From: Lama glama
Lineage: Eukaryota
NCBI GenBank assembly: GCA_028534125.1
Contig: CM052817.1
Span: 73,472,001-73,536,000 of the forward strand
Reading direction: 5' to 3'
DNA length: 64,000 bases
Shown here in pieces: positions 54,216 through 64,000 of this stretch (position 1 is the stretch's first letter; each line of letters begins with the position of its first letter). The notes under the pieces were generated by a model, which did no database searches, was not told the origin of the DNA, and saw only the letters and a program-made list of their open reading frames with translations. The translations under genes were made by a program, and so were the position numbers.

Positions 54216-55224
54216 ATTAAACAGAAACAAAACTAGAGATAGGTATTTGTTATCAGACCTACACTCTGTCATTTTGGATATGTCAACAAGCCCCGCTGAT
54301 TCTCAGTTGTTCTGATTTCAACTTAAAATTGAAAAAAAATTTTTTACAGTGAGTATTACACAATATAGTTCACATGAAGGAACTCCGAAAAAAGTAGAAG
54401 GTGATTCCACAAATAAGATACAAGTTATTAATGTAAACATAATCACTTAACTTTGGCCTATCTTTGTTCAAATAATTTTTTAAAGAAGCAAATTGAAAAA
54501 TTATGGTAGCTCTAAAGGAGACTGATTAAGAGGATGACCATCTGGAAACTATGTCATATAGAATGGCCAAAGACACTGGGGAGATTTAGCCTGGAGGAGG
54601 AACAGTTGAGGGGGTTGGGGCCTGTTTATTGATTTTGAATATTTGAAGAGTTGTGGAAAAAGAATCAACGTGGTTCTAGAAGGCAGAATGTGACCAATTT
54701 AAAATAAAGTGGAAGGTTTGGGTTCAGAATTTGGAAGAACTTCTTAGCGGGAGTTTTCTCCAAATAGAATTTAATTATCTTGCGAAATAAGACTATTTCT
54801 ATGTTGAAGCTTTCAGCTGAAGCTAGTGACCTACCATAGAGCCCCGCTGAGGTGTTTCTGTCTTTAAACAGGAGGTTAGATCCTCTTGAGCTCTGAGGAA
54901 CCTTCCAGCTGTCTGGGTTTCATTGATCCCTGTTACTCCATATCTTTCTATTTTTCATTTTATCCAAGACATGACTCTCTCTCTCAACATTCTTTTCTTC
55001 TCCCTCTGGTCTCCTAATTCCTCTTTACTTGAATTTTTAGTCAACATCTCTATTTTTTCAACATTGAAGTCAATTCGATGGTATTTTATTAGATTCCATT
55101 ATCATATTTTCTCTTTAGCCTCTAAAAATCACTATCAATCCACCGCCTTCCTTTTTTCAATATTTATTGTAATTATTTCTTCATATTTTGTTGAACACAT
55201 ATTAAGAAGATGATGTAACATTAA

Positions 55225-55650
55225 TTTGTAATAAACAACTATTGAGCATCTTCTACACGCCAGGCCATATTTTGGTTACTGGAGATATAGCACTGAACAA
55301 AACAAACCGAAAATCTTTTCTCATATGGAGTTTATATTCTTGGAAGAAGACAGAAAACAAACAAGTAAGAATATATTTGTTAGATGGTAATAAGTGCTAT
55401 AGATTAAGGAATAGGGAGTATAGAGGATTTTTTATATAAGTATAAAATGGACAGGAAAGATCTTTCTGATTAGATGACTTTTGAGCCAGGATCTGAAGGA
55501 AGTGAGAGAACAATGTGAATACTGGAGGTGGGAACCTTCCCTAAGCAGGGAACTGGGAGTAGGAGCCTGCTTGGCTTGTTTCAGGATTCCAAGGGAGACA
55601 CTGTGGCTGGAACAGGGTAAGTAAGGGAGAGTGTAGAAACTGCAGTCAGA

Positions 55651-55691
<41 letters not shown>

Positions 55692-55800
55692 AAAAGGTAC
55701 AGCTGGGGCACTATAAAGACCTTTAGTTTTCCTCCTAGTGTGAGATAGGGTGCCTAGCTGTGGAGGGTTTCTAGCTGAGAAGTGACAGGATTCAAATTGC
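55225..55800 (-). mobile_element. L2a-like fragment containing (GT)n
   Basis: ATTGAGCATCTTCTAC...ACTGGAGATATAGCACTGAACAAAACA...ATCTGAAGGAAGTGAG. Confidence 0.75.
55654..55689 (+). repeat. (GT)n microsatellite
   Basis: Directly visible. Confidence 0.97.
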
Positions 55801-56519
55801 CTTTTAATGTTTTCTTCTATTCAGGATTTGCACCCTTGTAGGTGAAAGTAAAAAGCAAAACAAACAAACAAAAAACTTACTGTAAAGCCCTGAAGGCAAA
55901 TATGGTATCATCTTTGTTTATTTGATTAAGTATTTTGGGGCACCTACCATGGGACTGTAGCACCTATGATTTCTGATCAGTGGTATGAGAAAAAGATTAT
56001 CTAAGCCATGTCCCTGTCCTTAAGACCATCCCTCTGGTGTCTTTTCTTCTCAGTTCTGGTGTTTGGGGGAGTATGCAAAAAGCATAACAAGGATGACAAA
56101 AACACCCTTTGAGAGTCTTCCATGGTCAATATTATGAAGGCTATAAAGATAGACAAGACCCTTTCTCCAAGGACTCTAAAATCATTCATAGCAGGAGACA
56201 AAGACATACAGAAATTAAAATTTAAGAATGACAAAGGAATAGCAGTGATGTCAAACAGAGAAAGATTATCCTTCTTGGGGTAGAAAGACTTGCTAAAGTA
56301 ATTGGTCACTGGTTCAAAATGACTATCTGTCAGTGACCACTGTCACCATCTATCAAGGAGAGACGCTTTTCTTGTAGAGCGTTGCTTTGTCTGTTGCTGG
56401 AATTGTGTTAACTGAGAGTTTGTAAGTGGGGGTGCTTCTGTACTGAACAGCACTAAATGGCAGATGATTTGGCACCAAAGTGTAAAGAGCTCATGTGACT
56501 TGACTAGTAGGAACAACAA

Positions 56520-56710
56520 GAATAATGCTAACATTTATTGAGCTCTTACTAAGTGCTAGGTTCTATTTTAAGCATTTTCTATGTATCAACTCATTTTCCT
56601 CTTGCAATTCTAAGAGGTACTTGTACTGTCCGTATTTTACAGATGCGGGGGTTAATAACTGGCCCAAATCTTTTAACTGGCAAATGGGGAGCCAGAATTC
56701 ACCAGAACAG
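56520..56710 (-). mobile_element. MIR SINE
   Basis: AATAATGCTAACATTTATTGAGCTCTTACT...ATTTTACAGATG. Confidence 0.75.
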
Positions 56711-56804
56711 CCTGTACTCTACAGATAGATCATGTTCCAAATTATTCTACTGATAAAGTTTCTTTGTATGTCAACATTTGAAAAATTACCAACAAATAGA
56801 CCTG

Positions 56805-56931
56805 GGGGTAGGGATGGGGGGATATAGATCAGTGGTAAAAGCCTGTGCTTAGCATGCATGAGGTCCTGGGTTCAATCTCCAGTACCTCCATTAAAAATAA
56901 ATAAATAAATTTACCCTGCCTCCCTAGAAAC
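56805..56931 (+). mobile_element. tRNA-Ala-derived SINE (Vic-1-like)
   Basis: Head ...TGCTTAGCATGCATGAGGTCCTGGGTTCAATCTCCAGTACCTCCA; TSD CAAATAGA(C/T)CTG at 56793-56804 / 56932-56943. Confidence 0.9.
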
Positions 56932-57264
56932 CAAATAGATCTGAACTTGCTTTCAAAGAGCTTACAAATATTTGAAGATCTGAATGACATAGCCATAAAT
57001 TATCTTTCATAACTTACCTTTTGGATGGCAGGATTTGTGTTGGAACAGCTATAGAAGTACCCAAGATATGTGAGTATAGACTTTACTTGTATGATCACAG
57101 TTCTCAGCTCTTTCATTTTTAGCATCTTGAGGCCTGAGTAGCTTGATCTTCATGTATGAAGCAGTTACATTCATTACCCTGTCGTACTCTGAGAATTCCT
57201 GTTCTTTAGTTCTCACATACCCTTGATGTTCTGTTGGTTATGATGTTTCCAGTGGCTCCTTATA

Positions 57265-57490
57265 CAGTAGTGGATGTGGTTTAGAGAAATAAGATGGTCC
57301 TTAGGAAGAGATAAGCTATGGCATTTAATAGTTGGGTGGCCTCTGGCAAGTTATTCTCTCTCTGTAACACAGTTTCCTCAGCTGGAAATGAGGATAATAA
57401 TAGTATCTACCTCACAGTGTTAAATTTAAAATGTCAGATGAAATAATATTTTAAAGCAGTTGAAACAGTTCATGATATATAGTAAGCACT
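57265..57490 (+). mobile_element. MIR SINE
   Basis: CAGTTTCCTCAGCTGGAAATGAGGATAATAATAGTATCTACCTCACAG. Confidence 0.75.
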
Positions 57491-58133
57491 AATTAAAATA
57501 CCACTTATTATGTTTATAATTCCAAAAATCATATATTTTCTCCTAGTCGAAATATCTTGTCAGAACCACATAGCTAAATGTGTCCTCAATAGCACTTGCA
57601 CCGTCTTTAAATCATTTAATCTTTACAAGACCCCCTTAGGTGAGTACGGATATATTACTCCAAATATTTTTCTAATGAGAAACTTAAAGGTCATGGGATT
57701 TGTCCCATTTGGCCAGGGTGAATTGTCCCTGGTTTCTCATCTAAGGTGGGTTAAAGGTGAGCTAAAACTAGGACATGAATGCATAGCTCTAGACACCTTC
57801 TCCAAATGTCTGTTCCATCATTCCATCCTATACTATTTCTTTTTAGGAATTCTAGTCATTTGTGGTGAAGAGTCTATCCAACACCATGTGTACTGGGGAG
57901 TGTTGAGTGATGGGTCATACCTTTACTTGGCTTGTTAGAAGGTGGTGTGTTCCAGCAAACTCAGACTGATATCTCATCTTATTGGATATATATTTTTTGT
58001 TTTCCTTCAAATGGTATATTTTAAGCTATGTTTTGGTCATACACACAGAAAGCAAGTTAAAAACAAAACCAAAGGAGACAGGAAGAATACATTGGAAACG
58101 ACCGAAGTTACTTTTATTCTGATTAGTGAGACA

Positions 58134-58147
58134 GTGCCACCTAGTGG
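58134..58147 (-). promoter_or_regulatory. CTCF core motif
   Basis: Minus strand CCACTAGGTGGCAC matches consensus CCASYAGRKGGCRS. Confidence 0.6.
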
Positions 58148-58447
58148 ATTTTTTCTAGATAGCTGATCTAAGAAAAATTAGAGGAGGCAAGAAGATAGAG
58201 TGGAAAATACTGAAATAATTGGAAAACAAAGGGGAGGTGTAAGACATGGGGTCTGCTGACTACCTTAGAATCTCTCGTATACTGTTAACCATCCATCAGT
58301 GGAAAATTACCCTGGAATGTAAGCACCATAATTTTTCTTTCCTGTTCACTACTGTATCCCCCAAACCCAGGACAATGCCTGCCACATAATAGGAACTCAA
58401 TCAGTATTCACTAAAGAAATTAATTGTTAAAGGTGAATTCTTACTTT

Positions 58448-58945
58448 TGTGAACAAAAAATACTGCAAACCGTATCAGTAAATAAAGAATGCTGAAACCA
58501 TCAAGTCATCAGTGACTGCCGCCACCCCCCAGTGAGGACAGGCCTGCAGCCCAGCCTCTGCAGCCACTCACAATGGTGCACCCTGAGGGGACTCAGGATA
58601 AGAAAGGACAGGATACTGGCCTTAGATAGTTAGGTGCTTGTCAGAGGAATGAATTCAATGAGCCCAAATGTTTGCTTCCTCCCATACGTAGAAAAGCGCT
58701 AAATTCTTTAATTTGAGATGCCTGGTTTTCTTTAGATAACAAGTAATCTTTTAATGTTCCAACTACCTGGTCTTTGTCGTAAAGCTCCTATATATCCTAG
58801 CTTCTCCCCTACCTCTTTGGAGCAATCCCCTACAGCGATCTGGGAGGCTGTCATCCTGGGCTCGAAGGGGTTCGAGTCCTCAGAAATGTCCACCACATAA
58901 AACATAACTCTCAACTTTTAGGCTGTGCATTTATTTCAGTTGATA
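58448..58945 (+). mobile_element. ERV1-type solo LTR (copy A)
   Basis: TGTGAAC start, TSD CTTT at 58444-58447 / 58946-58949; homologous to 62106-62577. Confidence 0.9.
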
Positions 58946-60232
58946 CTTTTAAATTTAAAATATTATTCATGTTTTTCCTTTTACTGGAGAATTTTCTATA
59001 GTTCATATATAAAAACAAGTTTGTCAGTTTTATTCGTACTTTATAATTTTATATCCCAGCTCCTATCATAAAGTTAGTTTGCAAAAAAAAAAAGTTAGTT
59101 TGCTAATATTTGGTGGAAATTGAAACACTTTTTTTTTTAACTAAAATAAAGCTTGTGGAGATATTTTCATGAGGTTGTTAAATTTACTTAGGCAGTGAAC
59201 GGCAAGTTCATCAGTAGAAAATGAGAAAGCTAGTAGGTATATTAATCAAGTCAAATTCAGGAGAGACTGAGTTTAAAAAACATGATATAAAGGAACAATC
59301 CATTCTTTAAAATTTAAATTCTATTTTAAAATTAGTTATTCATTACAGTGACTCAAAATTCAGAAAACATAAAAAATGTGTGCTGTGGAATTTCCTCCTC
59401 TCTGTCTCTGTCCTCCAGCTACTCAGTTCCCTCTCCTGGAAGCCACCAATGTTATTTTCCCATGTGTCCTTGAGACTTTTTAGAGTTTGCAAGTGAATAT
59501 GCCTTTCTATAAAATTGCAGCTATTATTATAAAGAACTACTATGCAATTTTAACCTATTATTATGAAGAACAAAATTTGATGGAAAACGTAGTTGTCTCA
59601 ATTTTCACAATAAGCTTTTAATTATCAAAAATGGCAGTATTTCCCCATTGAAAAAAATTCCTTTTAGTAATCCTTGAATTATGTTTAAATAGGAATTTTT
59701 ATTTTAGTTTTGTCAATGTCTTAAGTTAGTTTTCATAATAAATTTGTATTTGTAAGCTTTTTACACAGATTTTCGGTATGTTGGTTGACAGTTTCCCCAG
59801 GTTGATGGAAGTGTCCACCAAGCAATCTCATGTTTCCAGTGCCTTCGTAATTTTCTGCAGTCATATCAGCAGACAAGAGAAACACAATTACAAGCATTTT
59901 ACCTTATCAGATGTTGCTTGCCTGTTACCCAGGCCAGTTTTCGCCCAATTTCTTTATTTTGCTATTAGGAAAATGGTAAAGATGTAAGACACATATTCAT
60001 TTGACAAGTCATTCTTAAATACTCCGATGAACCTAAAACTATGCAAGAGACTATAGAAATCACCTACTAATTATGCAGAGTATTTGTGGTACAGATTCTA
60101 CCGAGGGACACATAAATAAAAGAACATAGTGACGTTTAAAAAATTGGCTCTATCTGAATACACGCAGGGAATGTCTAATTAAAAAAAATTACTGACACCA
60201 GATCACTTTCAGTATTTGGTTATAATGAGAAG

Positions 60233-60240
60233 TGACGTCA
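60233..60240. promoter_or_regulatory. Full palindromic CRE (TGACGTCA)
   Basis: Retained CpG palindrome; half-CRE TGACG at 60130-60134. Confidence 0.5.
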
Positions 60241-62105
60241 TTAGCATTTTAAAGACTCTTCCAAATGCCAGAGGCATTGTATAGAAAATAAAATTACCCA
60301 TTCATGTCGTGCGTTGGGGTTTGAACTGTCTGACACATGCTCGGTTGGATAACTGTTGTAGGACTTCATTTATTTAGCAGAACTGCCTCTGAATCATACC
60401 TACAATGCCAGCGCAGTGTTTACATTTCAACCAAAGGGACCCAAGGTGGGAGTCAATTGAAAATCTTTGAGGATTTTTTTGGTTTGTGTTTTGCATGGAA
60501 AAGCAGCATTTTTACTTCAGGCAGCTTAAAGGGCATTGATTTGTCCCCGAGGCATTGGCCTGTCTTGGTAAATGTGAAGCCAAATGGGGATTCTTGTGTC
60601 AAGGCGGATGATTTATTTATGTGCTGGAGCATAGACTTTAAAGCTCGAATTCCTATTACGGACTTAAGATCAATGGGAGGAAGGGACAGAGACTTTCAAC
60701 CCACACAGACTGCTGTAGATAAGATACTGGCATTTTTTTAAAGGTTGAGAAAACATATACTGAAAAATTGTCAAAGGAGTTTGGCTACTTCATCTTAAAT
60801 GTTACTAAAAGCATCTTTAAGATATTTATATTCTTCATTTCTATAATACCCTATTAAAATCATATGGCAGAAGACTAGTGATTAATACGGGAAAATGTTC
60901 ATGCTATTTTGCTGAGTAAAAAGAGCATATTAAAGCATATTAGAAAGAAATATGAACTGTATTTAATTTGGGTAAAAAGAAAAAAATATATATGCGCAGA
61001 AAAAATGGAAAGCTATACATCAAAATTTTGGTGTTTTATCTGTGCCTCAGTTTCTTCAACTTAGGATAATGACAAGACCTATTTCATGGGGTTGTTATAA
61101 AGATTAAATAATAGTTATAAAATGCTTAGGCTAGTGCCTCCTATAAATGATAGCTTTTATATTGTCATCTTTATTGCTGTGAATAGTGTTTTATTGGTTA
61201 TTGTTATATAGATTTATTTTGTTTCCTTCATTTTCCTAATATTCCATAATCAACATATTAATTTTATGGTTAAGTTATTTAAAAGTGTATTATCTACTAG
61301 GATTTTTTTTTTTTTAGTTCCCAAACACTGTCATCCAAGCATTACGGGGGCAGATAGGATATTATCATTCTCCTTTGTAGCACATACTGATACTGTAATT
61401 CATTAATTATCCATTTGAGGATTGTCTTCTTCCGTAGCTGTAAGCTTCATTGGGTGGGGTGGTGTGGGTCTTGCTGATTTTGGTTTCTTTTGTGTCTAAT
61501 GCTTTTCCCGTCCCTAGTCTGTTCTCAGTAGATATTTGTTGAATGAATGAAAGGTAAGGCTGTGTTCAAAGCAGTTCATAGTCACTTAGTACTTTGCGAT
61601 TTGGTTTTATGAATTATGTCATTTAATGATATTACTCCCATTTGATAGATGAGAAAACCGAGATGACTCACAATAAGTAAGTAACAGGGTCAGGATTTGA
61701 ACCCAAGTAATCTTATTAAAGGGTACTGCCTCCCATAGGAAAAATGAGGAAAAATGATGAAAGCAATACTATTAGGGAATTACACCAACAATATAGGACT
61801 TTTTTGAAATATTTATTGGGAATAAAACAATAAAACTGAGAGGAATGGAACTGAATGAATAGCATATCTAGCATTCTTCAAAATGGGTTTGCATGTGAAC
61901 ACACACCAAATTCTTCCCTTATAATTTCCCCGAACAAATCATTTTTATTTATATAAACTTTAATTTTATATTTATTTGATTATCTCTTTATATTACCTCC
62001 TACTTATAAAATAAAATTAAGAAAACAATTTTCTCCATCAATTTCTTACATACTGTCTCTTTTCGGGGAGGGGAGCTTTTTAAAGTAATGGTAAAGTATT
62101 AGCAA

Positions 62106-62577
62106 TGTCGACTGAAATAAATGAGCAGCCTAAAAGTTGAGAGTTGTTTTATTTGGCGGGAGGACTCGAGCCGGGATGACAGCCCCTCAGATCGCTCTGA
62201 GGAAGTGCTCTGAAGAGGTAGGGGAGGAGCTAGGATATATAGGAGCTTTACGACAAAGACCAGGTAGTTGGAACATTAAAAGTTTACTCGTTATCTAAAG
62301 AAAACCAGGCATCTCAAGTTAAAGAATTTAGTGCTTTTCTACGTATGGGAGGAAGCAAACATTTGGGCTCATTGAATTCATTCCTTTGACAAGCATCTAG
62401 CTGTTTAGGGCCAGTATCCTGTCCTTTCTTATTCTGAGTCCCCTCACAGTGCACCCTTGTGAGTGGCTGCAGAGGCTGGGCTGCAGGCCTGTCCTCACTG
62501 GGGGGTGGCGGCAGCTGCTGATGACTTGGTTTCAGCATTCTTTGTTTACTGATATGGTTGCAATATTTTCGTTCACA
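62106..62577 (-). mobile_element. ERV1-type solo LTR (copy B, same family as copy A, inverted)
   Basis: TG...CA termini, TSD GCAA at 62102-62105 / 62578-62581. Confidence 0.92.
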
Positions 62578-64000
62578 GCAACAAGACAAATTGCTAACTT
62601 GAACACAATTTTACTTGCTCAACATATAAATAATTAACCTTGGTAACCATCTTTGCAGCTTTTAATCTTTCTTTTCTTTCTCTAGATTTCTGTGGGCAGG
62701 GGGATGGCAGAGTCTAAGTCTCATAATAAACCTGTAACTCTGAGATCAGATTTAAGCTTAAAGAGGGGGTTTATCAGGTGGCTAATTCTTCTTATCCTGC
62801 ATCATAGATGCTGATGCCTCAGATGTAAAGCTTGAAAGGAAAGTGTATTCTCTGTGAGAATGCTCTCATAATAAACTGAAAATTTCTCTCTTTCTCTCCC
62901 CTCCCCTCTTTCCCTTCCCCTTTCCCTCCGTTTCTCCCTTCCTGCCACTTGCAAATGTAAGCAGCCTCAATTAACAATTAACTATAATGACTGAACAACT
63001 GCTGGGAAAAACATTAGAGATATTGGGAGAATCAGAATCTGTTTTTCTTCTCCTTTCTGTTTATTGTCACTTGTGGCCCTGTGCCATGGTGGGAGCAGCC
63101 CTTGACTAGAAGTTCTATAATCTGGATTCCAGTGTTGGTTTTGATTTCTGTAGGAGTCTGTCTTCTCATTTTTGCAATAGTGGCATTAGGCATCTAAAGA
63201 CCCTTTCAGCTCTGAACTCCTCCAGTTTTATTGTCTATCAAAGATCTCTCTCTGTATAAGCTAATGTCAGGATTAATGGATTAATGAAGTCTCATATAAA
63301 TAATAGTAAAATCTAACCTATAATTTTTTTTTACTTTCTCCTCTACCTTGTTTCACTATAAACATTTGGGAGGTGGAGTAGGAGTGATGGAAAGAGAAGA
63401 TTACTCTGAGGAAATATAATTTAATTTGTTTCCTGGCATTTTGGGGGTAACAATTTTTAATTGGGAAGGCAGAGTTGATATTCAGTAATAAGCTCTATGT
63501 ATTCAAACCTAATTTGTACATCAGATGTAATTTAGATGACTTCAGACTATTTATACGAAATGGGAATGGGTTTTGGGAGCCCTTCTTTAGAGAAGCCTGA
63601 GCTATAGTTTGCAGAATTTTCAGTCCATTGAAGTAATACTTATATTTAGCAAGGACTAGAGAACACATGTATAAGGTCATCTACATTGGACATCAGCCAT
63701 TAAGGCCCCTCCCCTTTCTGGACAAGCCTTTCACTTATTGTTCTGGGGGGGGGTTCAGGCTTGGTCTGCATTTCTTTGTTATGGTCTATTCCTAATTGAC
63801 AAGAAATGATATACTGTATTAGCTGCTCTGTCTATTTGTCTACCATGATCTCACTGACAGACAAGTATTTTCATTTTCAGTTAATAATAAACTGAGTAAA
63901 AGACTTTTCCAGTTGTCAGACCTGCCAAATATAGTATTTTCTTTAATGTGGGTAAGTACAATCATCCATTAATTTGGAATTTTTCAAAAATGCAAACATA

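Noticed and set aside
57510..57938. 142-aa ORF
   Set aside because: Overlaps decayed MIR sequence and has no protein similarity.
59761..59781. Possible 7-nt microexon (CAG|ATTTTCG|GTATGT)
   Set aside because: Not frame-preserving, short pyrimidine tract, no support.
60337..60741. 134-aa ORF
   Set aside because: No recognisable homology, Kozak context or splice pair; compatible with chance.
58448..62577. Single provirus between the two LTRs
   Set aside because: LTRs are inverted with different TSDs, and I saw no gag/pol sequence between them.
1..64000. Naming the host gene; prokaryotic systems such as CRISPR arrays or operons
   Set aside because: No recognisable coding exon or known miRNA anchors a gene name. 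The sequence is mammalian, with no regularly spaced repeat arrays.

Overview
AT-rich, CpG-depleted mammalian DNA with no intact protein-coding gene. It is most likely camelid, inferred from six tRNA-Ala(AGC)-derived SINEs resembling the camelid Vic-1 family and from young L1 3' ends. It reads as part of a very long intron of a + strand gene, since most young L1s, most LTRs and a processed RPL29 pseudogene lie antisense. Contents: an RPL29 processed pseudogene (44023-44709, -), eight young L1 fragments (one with a twin-priming inversion), four ERV1-type solo LTRs with 4-bp TSDs, MER21, MLT1, MER5, Tigger, MIR and L2 relics, microsatellites and a 100-N gap. The most striking signal is a recursive-splice-site-like junction (polypyrimidine-TAG|GTAAGT at 21550/21551). 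It is followed by a 61-nt candidate RS-exon with stop codons in all three frames within its first 12 nt. A candidate alternative first exon lies about 14 kb upstream (Kozak ATG 7514, donor 7549). Other leads are an inverted pair of same-family solo LTRs around a CRE-containing element, convergent CTCF motifs, RFX X-boxes and a SINE copy with AT-to-GC-biased changes. The host gene cannot be named from this window. Repeat family names come from recall of consensus sequences, not a database search.
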